Under the pieces are notes generated by a model. The model saw only the letters and a program-made list of their open reading frames with translations, ran no database searches and was not told the origin of the DNA. From the IMG/VR virus record IMGVR_UViG_3300035701_000015, positions 12,009 to 76,008 of that record: 64,000 nucleotides of DNA; one strand, written 5' to 3'. The stretch comes from a virus (lineage: Duplodnaviria; Heunggongvirae; Uroviricota; Caudoviricetes). Each line of letters opens with the position of its first letter. Position 1 is the stretch's first letter. Positions 33,304 to 42,930 of the stretch are shown one piece after another. The position numbers were made by a program, and so were the translations under genes.

Positions 33304-36168
33304 ATGGCGAATAAGAAAAACTTAAGTCAAACTTTAAACGATTTGGGTATAAAAGCTAAGAAAATTACTTTGGGCTCTTTATTAGTAGAAAGCGGAATTT
33401 CTGAAGCAGCTGAAGAAGAGCTTGAAGAAGACTTGATAGAACCTACACAAGAAGAGCCTGAATTCGTATTGCCTGAAATACCTACAGGTGAACCCGAAAT
33501 AGATCCTTTAGTTGTACAAGGATTAGAAACTGCTGATGATGCTTTTAAAAAAGAAGAAGAAGAAAGACCGATCGTTGATAAATTTATCTATGAAACTGAG
33601 TGGTTCGAGAAATATGACTTTGCTAGTCAAAATTTAGGTATCATAGATCACGGACTAAATGCTGGATTAGACAAACTAGTTATTAAAACCTCATTGAGAA
33701 TAACTGACCCACTTGGCTCAATAGTTGACGAGGGTCCGATTTTAGATCAGATACACTTGTATGAAAACAAACAATATGGAATTGGTTTCATTCCTCTAGA
33801 TGAAAATCACGTTAAAATATTAACAGCTAAAGATGGAGTAATATGGTCGTCTTCAAGTGGAGAGGGATTAGATCTTCGTCTTATAGAAAATATTGAATCT
33901 TCTATAGGCAAAGTAGAATACAAAATAACTTTTCACAAAATGATCTCAGATCTTTCTAAGCAACTATTAGAAGACATAGAAAAAGGAAAGAATGCTCCTA
34001 GTTCGGGCGGATTAGCAATTTATTCTGGACCGGCCGGGGTCCCTGGACCTCCAGGAGCACCGGGACCTTCTGGTGTAACCGATGTTCAGGATAAAAATAT
34101 TCTCTATGTTAGAGCGAAAGGAAATGATAGCGGAAATGATGGTAGTATAACTTTTCCTTATAAAACAATTAAAGCTGCGATTGCATCTATCGTAGCACCT
34201 TCAAGAGCTAACTCTTTTATCGTCGATGTTGGTCCTGGTGAGTTTACAGAAGACAACTCAGCAGGTGCAATAGGTATTCCCAGCAGCACAACTTTAAAAG
34301 GACAGTTTAAAAATATCAGCCATATTACTGGATCAGACGTTTCTAAAGCTTTATTCTATTTAAATGATCACTGTGGTTTAGACAATGTTACTCTTTATGG
34401 TATTACAAGCAATTCTGCTATAGTAGCTGATCAAGCTGACAGCATGAGTACCCTCAAAGACATTGAGATTGAAGATTGCCAGAATGGCATTGAAACTAAT
34501 AACATTACTGCTGTAGTAGATATTTATAACATTACTGCTCTTGGAACTATAACTAATCTATTTAAAGTTGGGCCAGGAAGAGTCAGAGCTAGGAGCATTG
34601 TAATACGAAGCAATACAACTGTAGAAACGATTTTCAGAGTTAATGGCTCTGGTGCTAATCTTCATACTTGGGGCACTATTAGTTATTCGCCTAGTGTGAC
34701 AAATGGCGTTTATGTAACAAACAATGGTATTTCACATAACGTCAATACAGAAATCAACAACGCAAACTATGGACTCAGAGTTGCTACTGGCGGTTATGCT
34801 TATGGGTCTTCTTTCTTCTTGGATAGCACTATCTGGAATATATGGCAAGAAGACTCTACTGGTATTGTAGAACTAGACAGTGGAAGCTTTGAAGGTAAAA
34901 AGATAAAAGCAGCAGATTGGTCTAAAATAAATATTAGCTATATCAACTTAACAGTTGGAAATGAGGGCCAAAATATATCTCAAGAACTTCACGTAGGAGT
35001 ACCAGAAAAAGGGAACTCTACCTCGCTTGGAGAAGGTCCTCCTATATCTAGAGGTATGTTAATTTATAATTATAATGGTAGTACTTACACTGATGTGACC
35101 ACAGAAGCTTCAGATCCTACAACTGGAACTTTTACTTTAGGAACCTCTCTAAATAATGCTATTTACATATCTAGTGATCTAAAAGATTTAACAACGAGTG
35201 ATTATACAAAATTCTTAGGAGTACATTTGAATATTACTCAGGCTTTCAATTTGGGTGCTGGCTCTATGGTTTGGGAATATTGGGATGGGTCATCTTGGAC
35301 TCCTTTCACAGTAATGAGAAGCCAAGCATTATATCCTTATTTACCGTTTAGCAATAAAGATCCCATCCTTTTAGGAGATGGTCAGTTTCAAATACGATTC
35401 AACATAGAACTGATTAAGTCAGGCACAGGATCTTGGTCTAAAAATGATCCACCAAGTACTGGAACTAATAGGCATTGGGTCAGATATAGAGTATCTTCCG
35501 GAATCACTCAAGGAATCATAGTTCAACAAATTAAACTTCATACTAATACTGCTAAATTTCACGAAGACGGTTGGCTGACTTTCTTTGGAACAGCAAGACC
35601 CGTTAGTGTATTATTCTGGGACGCTGGTTTATTTCAACCCTTCGGCGGATCTACACCTGCAGATCAAGATTTATTCATTAGCGACAACTTGGGTGTTGGA
35701 AGAATAGAAAACCTTTTTGCTAACGGAGCTTCAGATAGAGTAGGTTTGACTTCTAATTTACCATTGGATTGCGATGTCAGTTGTCCGATAGTGTTCCAAT
35801 GGTCTTGGGTAGCCAGTACGAATAGTGCAAATACTATAAACTGGATAATTCGGTATGGGTATAGTACTGATGGAGATTCGATTCACTTTACTACTGGTGC
35901 AGCTCCAACAACAGGGCCTAATGAGCTAGCTATACCGTTAAACGTGACAAACACTACAGCTGAAGTCCAAGTCACAAGCTCAGTCTTTCTAAATATTAGT
36001 AATACAGTTTCCAGAAGATCGGGTGGAATTGGAGATACTCTTTGGGCAGTAATCGAAAGAGATGGTGGCGGAGACACTTATGCTGGAAATGTTGCACTCA
36101 TAAATGTAACTGCCAAATATTTCAAATGGTGCGATGGTGGACACATTGACTTATTGATGTCTGTGTAA
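33304..36168 (+). CDS. tail fiber/tailspike-like protein with collagen-like repeat
   Basis: 954 aa; acidic N-terminus; GPAGVPGPPGAPGPSG; long Asn/Thr/Gly/Ser-rich beta-rich region consistent with a beta-helix. Confidence 0.55.
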   Translation: MANKKNLSQTLNDLGIKAKKITLGSLLVESGISEAAEEELEEDLIEPTQEEPEFVLPEIPTGEPEIDPLVVQGLETADDAFKKEEEERPIVDKFIYETEWFEKYDFASQNLGIIDHGLNAGLDKLVIKTSLRITDPLGSIVDEGPILDQIHLYENKQYGIGFIPLDENHVKILTAKDGVIWSSSSGEGLDLRLIENIESSIGKVEYKITFHKMISDLSKQLLEDIEKGKNAPSSGGLAIYSGPAGVPGPPGAPGPSGVTDVQDKNILYVRAKGNDSGNDGSITFPYKTIKAAIASIVAPSRANSFIVDVGPGEFTEDNSAGAIGIPSSTTLKGQFKNISHITGSDVSKALFYLNDHCGLDNVTLYGITSNSAIVADQADSMSTLKDIEIEDCQNGIETNNITAVVDIYNITALGTITNLFKVGPGRVRARSIVIRSNTTVETIFRVNGSGANLHTWGTISYSPSVTNGVYVTNNGISHNVNTEINNANYGLRVATGGYAYGSSFFLDSTIWNIWQEDSTGIVELDSGSFEGKKIKAADWSKINISYINLTVGNEGQNISQELHVGVPEKGNSTSLGEGPPISRGMLIYNYNGSTYTDVTTEASDPTTGTFTLGTSLNNAIYISSDLKDLTTSDYTKFLGVHLNITQAFNLGAGSMVWEYWDGSSWTPFTVMRSQALYPYLPFSNKDPILLGDGQFQIRFNIELIKSGTGSWSKNDPPSTGTNRHWVRYRVSSGITQGIIVQQIKLHTNTAKFHEDGWLTFFGTARPVSVLFWDAGLFQPFGGSTPADQDLFISDNLGVGRIENLFANGASDRVGLTSNLPLDCDVSCPIVFQWSWVASTNSANTINWIIRYGYSTDGDSIHFTTGAAPTTGPNELAIPLNVTNTTAEVQVTSSVFLNISNTVSRRSGGIGDTLWAVIERDGGGDTYAGNVALINVTAKYFKWCDGGHIDLLMSV

Positions 36169-36408
36169 AAATATTTTTTTAATTAAATTATAGTTACTAT
36201 CGATTAATTCCCACCACCGAAATGTATCGTTGATTTGAGTTTCTTTGAACCATTTTCTGTGCTCTTCATGTCGAACCCAAAGTAAATCATATCTTTTACT
36301 TTTGTCAACTATGAGATTTACTTCGGGATCTCTTTTTGGGGTGAATCGCAACAAAGCCTCTATTTCATTGTGGAAATAAGATAAATGGTACATCTCGAGA
36401 TATTGCAT
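36151..36408 (-). CDS. hypothetical protein
   Basis: 85-aa minus-strand ORF in an otherwise + strand region. Confidence 0.3.
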   Translation of the reverse strand: MQYLEMYHLSYFHNEIEALLRFTPKRDPEVNLIVDKSKRYDLLWVRHEEHRKWFKETQINDTFRWWELIDSNYNLIKKIFLHRHQ

Positions 36409-36419
36409 AATTTTATCTT

Positions 36420-36767
36420 ATGAAGATTGCAATTGTAGGCTCTAGAAACTTTAATGATTTCGATAAACTTGAAAAATTCATATTTTCTAAAGTAAGCCTA
36501 GAAGAAATCGAATTAATAGTTTCTGGTGGTGCCAGTGGAGCTGATAACTTAGCAGAAAGATTTGCTTATAGACACAACTTACCAAAGAAAGTGTTTAAGC
36601 CCGACTGGAACAAATACGGTAAGTCAGCAGGATTCGTCCGGAATAAGCTCATCATAGAAAATGCTGATATTGTCTTTGCTTTCTGGGATGGCGAATCTAA
36701 AGGCACACTCATTTCAATCAACATAGCAAAAGAGCTTAACAAGAAGCTTTACATCTGTAACTTCTAA
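36420..36767 (+). CDS. DUF2493/SLOG-family protein
   Basis: MKIAIVGSR...IVSGGASGADNLAERFA...FKPDWNKYGKSAGFVRN...ADIVFAFWDGESKGT. Confidence 0.55.
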   Translation: MKIAIVGSRNFNDFDKLEKFIFSKVSLEEIELIVSGGASGADNLAERFAYRHNLPKKVFKPDWNKYGKSAGFVRNKLIIENADIVFAFWDGESKGTLISINIAKELNKKLYICNF

Positions 36768-36791
36768 GATAATTCTACTTATAGGCACAAT

Positions 36792-36862
36792 GCGGATATG
36801 GTATAATGGTATTATAAGACTTTGCCAAGGTTTTGATACGGGTTCGATTCCCGTTGTCCGCT
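36792..36862 (+). tRNA. tRNA-Gly (anticodon GCC)
   Basis: Acceptor gcggata/tgtccgc, D-arm tggtataatggtat, anticodon loop ttGCCaa, T-arm acggg-ttcgatt-cccgt. Confidence 0.55.
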
Positions 36863-36863
36863 A

Positions 36864-37073
36864 ATGAAAGTTTGGGTTTATTCGCGATTGGTGTTAGCTG
36901 GTCCAGGTAAAAATGATTTCAATATCGAGATCTGGACTAAAAAACTAGAACATCCGAAAGATGTGCATTTTCCAGAAGCTGACGAATGGGATGCTAACAA
37001 TTTAATTGAATCTATTTTTGATAACGCGAAACAATTTCAAGGAACGAACTTAAACATAAGGATTCATCGTTAA
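36864..37073 (+). CDS. hypothetical protein
   Basis: ORF. Confidence 0.4.
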   Translation: MKVWVYSRLVLAGPGKNDFNIEIWTKKLEHPKDVHFPEADEWDANNLIESIFDNAKQFQGTNLNIRIHR

Positions 37074-37076
37074 CAT

Positions 37077-37156
37077 AGCTGGGTCGCAAAGTGGCTTTGC
37101 AGCGGTTTCATAAGCCGTGCCGAAGGGCTACGTGAGTTCGAATCTCACCCCAGCTA
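37077..37156 (+). tRNA. atypical tRNA (anticodon CAT) with 13-nt variable region
   Basis: Acceptor agctggg/cccagct, D-arm gcaa-agtggct-ttgc, anticodon arm gcggt-ttCATaa-gccgt, variable gcc-gaag-ggc-tac, T-arm gtgag-ttcgaat-ctcac. Confidence 0.45.
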
Positions 37157-37157
37157 A

Positions 37158-37427
37158 ATGGAATTTGTACAAGGAAAGCTCTTAAAAATAAAGAGCATTG
37201 GCGGTTTAGGTGAATTTGCGTATATAGAAAAATTACTCCCAAAAACTGTGCGATTTTATCAAATAATTGGAGCAAGAGGACATTTCCCACAGGGAATTAT
37301 TTTTAAAAGACTTTGGCCAATAAAAGATACTATGTATCTACTTAAAAATGCTAAATTGGCTACGAACAAAGATAAGAAAAAAATATTTGATTATATCTTC
37401 GACGTTATAATCAATAAAATTGTCTAA
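37158..37427 (+). CDS. hypothetical protein
   Basis: ORF. Confidence 0.45.
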   Translation: MEFVQGKLLKIKSIGGLGEFAYIEKLLPKTVRFYQIIGARGHFPQGIIFKRLWPIKDTMYLLKNAKLATNKDKKKIFDYIFDVIINKIV

Positions 37428-37513
37428 AGGAAATCTAGATGGTCGACAGAAATAAAGTAAAATCATTGTCTTCTTATTAGGACTATAAAGAGCATACTGC
37501 ATATATAATTAAA

Positions 37514-37945
37514 ATGCAAACATTCTTACCATACGGTGATCCAGTACGAGTCGCTAAAATCCTTGACACAAGACGTCTCGGCAAACAGCGAGTCGAAACA
37601 ATAGAGATAGCTCGTAAATTACTAGAGATCAGTAAAGGCAAAGGCTATACAAATCATCCCGCAGTAAAAATGTGGAAAGGACACGAAGTCTACCTCATCA
37701 AAATATATCTTCGAGCTATGCTTGATGAATGGAACACCCGTGGATTCAAAAATGAAAAATGTGAAGAACACTATAAAGAACTTTATCGTATGGTAGTAGC
37801 AAGACGAGCTGTTCAACCTCGGTGGTTCAGCGAACCAGTCTTCGAATCACATCGATCGAGACTCATTCAGAAAGACCCAAGTTTTTATAAACCGCTATTT
37901 CCCGGCACACCAGATAATCTCGAGTATATCTGGCCCGAAGCTTAA
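37514..37945 (+). CDS. conserved hypothetical protein
   Basis: N-terminus MQTFLPYGD...AKILDTRRLGKQRVE. Confidence 0.5.
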   Translation: MQTFLPYGDPVRVAKILDTRRLGKQRVETIEIARKLLEISKGKGYTNHPAVKMWKGHEVYLIKIYLRAMLDEWNTRGFKNEKCEEHYKELYRMVVARRAVQPRWFSEPVFESHRSRLIQKDPSFYKPLFPGTPDNLEYIWPEA

Positions 37946-37962
37946 GATAATTTCATGAGGAT

Positions 37963-38136
37963 ATATCTTCAAACCCCCGCTATGAGTAGCTCTAAGACTC
38001 GATTAGTAAGAACGACAAAAACTAAGAGCAGCATAGAAGATAAAGATTTAATTAAACAAATTTTCCATTCTCCATATTTCTGGGTATATGCAATAGAATT
38101 AGACCTTTCTAAGATTTACGATAAATAGGAGGTACT
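37963..38136 (+). CDS. small hypothetical protein (57 aa)
   Basis: ORF below the 60-aa track cutoff. Confidence 0.25.
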
Positions 38137-38155
38137 CATGACTTGGCATTAGACT

Positions 38156-38374
38156 ATGCACAAGAAAGAGTACAAAATAAAATGGACTGCCTCTAACAAA
38201 GAGTGTCGAGTGGCAATGTGGCAAAAGTATCACAGTAGCCGTTGTCCCATTTGTGACAGAAGAATTTCTGGTGGGTTCAAAGAATATAAACGATACACTA
38301 CATGTAACGGACCATTTTCAATGAAGTCATTCAGAAATTGGAAACACTATAGAAAGCATCAATGGAAATCTTGA
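38156..38374 (+). CDS. small zinc-ribbon protein
   Basis: CPICD...C. Confidence 0.4.
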   Translation: MHKKEYKIKWTASNKECRVAMWQKYHSSRCPICDRRISGGFKEYKRYTTCNGPFSMKSFRNWKHYRKHQWKS

Positions 38375-38435
38375 AGCTCAGCATGCATAATGGACGGATC
38401 GCCGATAGAGTTCCCAGTAGCGATAAGATAATACT

Positions 38436-38705
38436 ATGAGACAAGAAGAAATAAGGCCTGGTATGTTTCTCACTTTCACATTTTGGAAAAAAGTAAAAGA
38501 AGATGATGTCCGCCAGCAATTCGCTCTTCCGGTTATCTATATTATCAAATCTGATCCTGCTATAGAATATTGGAATACCATCGATTTAAATATGATGGAG
38601 CAACGACATTTATCTTGGCATGCTATAAATAGAGAATTGGTAGAATATAAAGGTGATTTGGACCCTATAAAAAAGAAAATTATAAAAGTAGCATTCACTA
38701 GCTAA
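38436..38705 (+). CDS. hypothetical protein
   Basis: ORF. Confidence 0.45.
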   Translation: MRQEEIRPGMFLTFTFWKKVKEDDVRQQFALPVIYIIKSDPAIEYWNTIDLNMMEQRHLSWHAINRELVEYKGDLDPIKKKIIKVAFTS

Positions 38706-38744
38706 AGATAATTCTTCACATTAAATAACGAAAGGACAGCTAAT

Positions 38745-39095
38745 ATGAATCGACTCGGATGCCATATCTTGGTCGACGTGTATGGTTGTGATTTTGATGA
38801 AATCAATAACGAAGAACTCGTCACCGGAATAATGATCGAAGCCGCTAAGATAAGTGGCGCTACTATTGAAAATGTCAGCGCTAAAAAGTTCCAACCACAA
38901 GGGCTGACAGTACTAATACTAATCTCAGAGTCTCACCTTTCTTTCCACTCTTATCCTGAAAGTCAAATGTGCATGATAGATATCTTCACTTGTGGAGATC
39001 ACACGTTTCCAGAAAAGGGAGTAGAATATATTCTATCTAAACTAAAACATGAACACTTTGAATGCAACATAATCGAACGAGGCAAGCTTTTCTAA
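38745..39095 (+). CDS. speH: S-adenosylmethionine decarboxylase proenzyme, SpeH type
   Basis: 116 aa with ISESHLSFHSYPE, the pyruvoyl-forming Ser context. Confidence 0.6.
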   Translation: MNRLGCHILVDVYGCDFDEINNEELVTGIMIEAAKISGATIENVSAKKFQPQGLTVLILISESHLSFHSYPESQMCMIDIFTCGDHTFPEKGVEYILSKLKHEHFECNIIERGKLF

Positions 39096-39106
39096 TATAT
39101 ATTGTA

Positions 39107-39134
39107 TATGTTATTTGTATATGTTATTTATAGA
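39107..39134 (+). repeat. AT-rich direct repeats
   Basis: tgtatatgttattt x2. Confidence 0.5.
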
Positions 39135-39215
39135 CCCGCAAATGTCGGGCATCTAGCCCGCAAATGTCGGGCATCTAGCCCGCAAATGTCGGGCATCTAT
39201 ACCCGACACATTAGA
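39135..39215 (+). repeat. three 22-bp tandem repeats (iteron-like), last unit extended into a palindrome
   Basis: cccgcaaatgtcgggcatctag x3, each with a cccg/cggg inverted repeat; ends tgtcgggcatctatacccgaca. Confidence 0.7.
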
Positions 39216-39255
39216 CGCAAGATAATTTAAAGATGTCGCGGCAATAGGAGCTTGA

Positions 39256-39555
39256 ATGGCCCGATTCACAAAACCATATTCTAAATATGAAGGCAAGTTT
39301 TATGATATAGTCTTAGGTGACAACTGTTACATTGTAAAATACATAGGTATCGATGGTGACAACTATCTCATATTTACATGTATATTCATAAGCTACGATC
39401 AGGGCCCCTATCTAGTCAAAGACCAAAGATTTGCCAGACAGTTCGATGGGAATCAAATAAAGATGCCAGATGATGCAAAGAAGATAATGTTCAGATTGGC
39501 TAGAAAACTAATGAGGTCAATTTTTATAGATAGTTTTTATACCCAAATCGTTTAA
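39256..39555 (+). CDS. hypothetical protein
   Basis: ORF. Confidence 0.45.
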   Translation: MARFTKPYSKYEGKFYDIVLGDNCYIVKYIGIDGDNYLIFTCIFISYDQGPYLVKDQRFARQFDGNQIKMPDDAKKIMFRLARKLMRSIFIDSFYTQIV

Positions 39556-39694
39556 AGTCTGGCTTAAGTTTTTCTTATTCGCCGACTTAAATAGCTCACG
39601 ATAGCACCTTAGTTTTCACTAATTAACAAGGTATTTACCTCAATAAAAACAAAGATAATATCAAAGGCCTAAATTGGCATTGAGGAGATATAAA

Positions 39695-42100
39695 ATGAGT
39701 TGGAAAAATTTGATAGGCTCTATTAAGGAAGAAGTTAATCAAGACTCTCCTATAATTAAAAAGAGCAAAAAACAAGGAATACCTTTATTCGAAAAATTAG
39801 CCAGAGAGCTAGTTGATGACAGGATAGATGAAATAGATATTAAAGGTGCTGTAAAGAAAGTTGGAGTAGTTATAAAAACTGGATGGCAAAAGCTGACGGG
39901 CAAAATTAAAGAAGTTGCTATGAGAGGTTTTAAATTCGGAGTTGCCGTTGGTAAGACAGTAGCGAATAAATTTGTATTATTCAACAAAGCTGGAGAAATA
40001 TTGACTCCTCCTGCAGACAATGCGCAAATAAAGCCTATAGCTTCTGGTAAGAAAACATTGACGCTTACTTATAAAAGTAAAGCTGGTCCAATGGATATTC
40101 ACATGGGCGATCTTCTCAAGATGGGCTTTGGTACTCAGATAGACAAAAACGGTATTGGCATCTTCTATGTTGTTGAGCCTAAAGTTGCTGGAGTACAAGA
40201 GGGAATAGACTATAAGGCATCTGAAATTCTTTTAGAAGATAGAGAAAAAGAAAAAGAAGAACTTGCCGCTATGTCTGAAATAGATAAATTAGTATTTGGC
40301 TCATTTTCTGGTGAAGGAGCTCAAGCTTTAAAATCTTCTTCAGAAATGCCAACTAAAGCTGCACCAGTAGCAGTTAATTATGATGACTTTCAAAAAGAAT
40401 TAAACGATCTTCTGAAGAGAGTAAAAGAGGGAATAGTTCTTAAAAATAGTAAAATAAAAACTCTTGCAATTTATGCACCTACTGGGTGGGGAAAATCAGA
40501 AATCATAGAGCATACGGCAAAAGCTGCTGGATACCATTATTTTCCAATAGAGCTTCAGAAAGTTGATATAAACATTATTCAGGGCTTTCCATATCTAGAA
40601 GATGTTGAAGCCGCTGATGACGCAACGAAAGAAGATAGATTACGAAGAGCGATCAAAATAGTAAAGATTGCTCCATCTGAACACTTACCACCATCTGAGC
40701 ATCCGGGAAACTGGTTACTATTCTTTGACGAGTTCAATAGAGCAGACACCGAAAAGATGTCGGCAGTTATGAACTTATTACTAACTGGTGAGCTTGGTGG
40801 TGCTGCTAATTTAGTTCGAGATAAAAAGACTGGTGAAAAGAAACTTGATAGATATAGATTACCAGAAAAAACGGTAGTACTTCTGGCAATGAATACTGGA
40901 ATGCAGAAAAACATTTCAGATGCAATGAACGCAGTAAAAGACTTAGACATTGCAACTCTTGAAAGAGTTCACAGAGTACTCCAAGGAAAATATCATGGAC
41001 CAAGCTGGTTCAAGAATTTTGCAGCAAAATCTTTTATAGCGGAAACGAAAGCGGGTCACAAAGTACCCATACTATCAAGAATTCCTCCAATTATATTACA
41101 CTATATCAATCAAGAGATGAGAACTAAAACGGGCATTGATCCTGAGAAACCTTTCTTAATTCCAGTAAAAGTAGCATACGATGAGAAAGGCGAATCTCTT
41201 GGAGGCGGCGGTGAAAGAACGACTTCCCCAAGAGCTTGGACAATTATAGCAGACACTATGATTGAACAAGGTATCGATCAATGGAACTCATTAAGTGATG
41301 AGTCTAAAAAGAAATATATGAAAGACGCTGAAAAAATTAAGAAACAAATAGAAGAGAAGGGTATTACTGATAAAGAAGGAAATAAAGTAAAACTTCCAGA
41401 AAAAGTTGAAGATTATCTATTTGCCGCTTGGGTCAATGATGCTAGAAATCAAGTGAAGCTTCTGGCAAATCAATCACCAGAGCTCGGTGACGAGGGAATG
41501 GAACTTATAGGTAAAATGATAAGATCTTTCATGAGGAAAGGGAGAGAAGGTATCAGCGATGAAGATGTTCTATTAAACTACAAAGCTATTAGAGAGCAAG
41601 TCAAGAACAATTTTACAAATCTTGGGTTTGGAACTAAAGCAAATTTACTTGCCAGATTATTTATGGCTCTATCTAAATTCAAAAATGAAAAGCAAGTTAC
41701 AGATTATATGGAAGACAAGAGTATTCCTCTTCTTTCTAAGCAAGGATTAATTGAACAGTTATTTCAAACTATCAAGGCTCTATACAAAGACTTAGATTTT
41801 GCTCCAGATGAGTTTGCTTCATTCACACACTTAGTGGAAGAAGCCGCTAAGAAGGGCGACAATGAGCTACTTAGATCATTGCACCAGAAGATGGCTGGCA
41901 AATGGGAAGTCTATTTAGACAACATAAGAAAGAAGTTGCAGACTAAGAGTCAAGTAGAAAAAGAGCTTGAAAAAATAGCAGGCGGTAAAGGTAAGGCTGG
42001 CGAGAAAGGTGAAGAAGGTGAAGAAGGCGAGAAAGGTGAAGAAGGTGAAGAAAAGAAAAACGAAGATATTAGAAACTTTTTGAGAGGCTTGAAACTCTAA
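39695..42100 (+). CDS. MoxR-like AAA+ ATPase (AAA_5) with long C-terminal extension
   Basis: Walker A APTGWGKSE, Walker B/sensor LLFFDEFNRAD, LLLTGELGG; C-terminal GE[KE]GEEGEE repeats. Start trimmed to the ATG after GAGGAG. Confidence 0.6.
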   Translation: MSWKNLIGSIKEEVNQDSPIIKKSKKQGIPLFEKLARELVDDRIDEIDIKGAVKKVGVVIKTGWQKLTGKIKEVAMRGFKFGVAVGKTVANKFVLFNKAGEILTPPADNAQIKPIASGKKTLTLTYKSKAGPMDIHMGDLLKMGFGTQIDKNGIGIFYVVEPKVAGVQEGIDYKASEILLEDREKEKEELAAMSEIDKLVFGSFSGEGAQALKSSSEMPTKAAPVAVNYDDFQKELNDLLKRVKEGIVLKNSKIKTLAIYAPTGWGKSEIIEHTAKAAGYHYFPIELQKVDINIIQGFPYLEDVEAADDATKEDRLRRAIKIVKIAPSEHLPPSEHPGNWLLFFDEFNRADTEKMSAVMNLLLTGELGGAANLVRDKKTGEKKLDRYRLPEKTVVLLAMNTGMQKNISDAMNAVKDLDIATLERVHRVLQGKYHGPSWFKNFAAKSFIAETKAGHKVPILSRIPPIILHYINQEMRTKTGIDPEKPFLIPVKVAYDEKGESLGGGGERTTSPRAWTIIADTMIEQGIDQWNSLSDESKKKYMKDAEKIKKQIEEKGITDKEGNKVKLPEKVEDYLFAAWVNDARNQVKLLANQSPELGDEGMELIGKMIRSFMRKGREGISDEDVLLNYKAIREQVKNNFTNLGFGTKANLLARLFMALSKFKNEKQVTDYMEDKSIPLLSKQGLIEQLFQTIKALYKDLDFAPDEFASFTHLVEEAAKKGDNELLRSLHQKMAGKWEVYLDNIRKKLQTKSQVEKELEKIAGGKGKAGEKGEEGEEGEKGEEGEEKKNEDIRNFLRGLKL

Positions 42101-42930
42101 TGAAAAATTTGTTCCAAGTAATATTAGAAGCACAACAAAGCGATCAACCTACACAAGCTGAGTTAGAGCAATATAGAGAGAAGTTGCAAGCTAGTAAGAC
42201 TAGTATACCAAGATCGATTGCAGCAATTAAACCGCATCTTTTTAATACAGGAGAATATGAACTCTATGAGTTCATAGAAAACTGTGAGTTTTGGAAAGTT
42301 CAAAATAAAAATGGTCCAGGCTGGCATGCAACTGCTGGCGTTAGAGTGGGATCGAATAAAATAGAATTTTATTATGATGAAGAGTTTCTAGATAAATTGG
42401 CAAAGAAGCCGGGTCAATTAATATTCTTGATAGGACATGAAGCTTCTCATATTCTGAGATTCCACATAGACAGATCAGTCGCTGCAAATCAAGAAGCAAG
42501 CTTAGCGAATGTAGCACAAGATATGATTATTAATGACGATATATTATTGACTGACAAAGTAGCTGGTTGGAAGCCAGAAATGATAACTAAATCTACTGTT
42601 ATGGAATTAGCTAAGGGTGAGAAAGACGGAGCTTTTGCTCATTCAATTCCAGATAAATTCAGACAAGATTTTAAAGAAGTTGGACGAAAAGCTTATTATT
42701 CAGAAAATATGTACAACTGGCTAAATGCTAATCCAAAAGAAAAAGAAAAAGTGACGGGTCCTGGAGCTCCACAAGAAGTAGATTATTTTGAAAAAGGTTC
42801 ATTAGTAAAAGTAAATAGCGGCCCGCATAAGGGCGAATATAGAAGAATAACTGAAGTCAATAAAGATGGAACTTACGAAACTGAGCCAGTTGATATACAA
42901 GCTGAAATAGAAAAGGTTAAGGGCAAATGA
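42100..42930 (+). CDS. putative zinc metallopeptidase domain protein (HExxH)
   Basis: GHEASHILRFH. Confidence 0.5.
   Translation: MKNLFQVILEAQQSDQPTQAELEQYREKLQASKTSIPRSIAAIKPHLFNTGEYELYEFIENCEFWKVQNKNGPGWHATAGVRVGSNKIEFYYDEEFLDKLAKKPGQLIFLIGHEASHILRFHIDRSVAANQEASLANVAQDMIINDDILLTDKVAGWKPEMITKSTVMELAKGEKDGAFAHSIPDKFRQDFKEVGRKAYYSENMYNWLNANPKEKEKVTGPGAPQEVDYFEKGSLVKVNSGPHKGEYRRITEVNKDGTYETEPVDIQAEIEKVKGK

Noticed and set aside
39135-39215. Possible CRISPR array
   Set aside because: There are only three contiguous repeats with no spacers and no cas genes.
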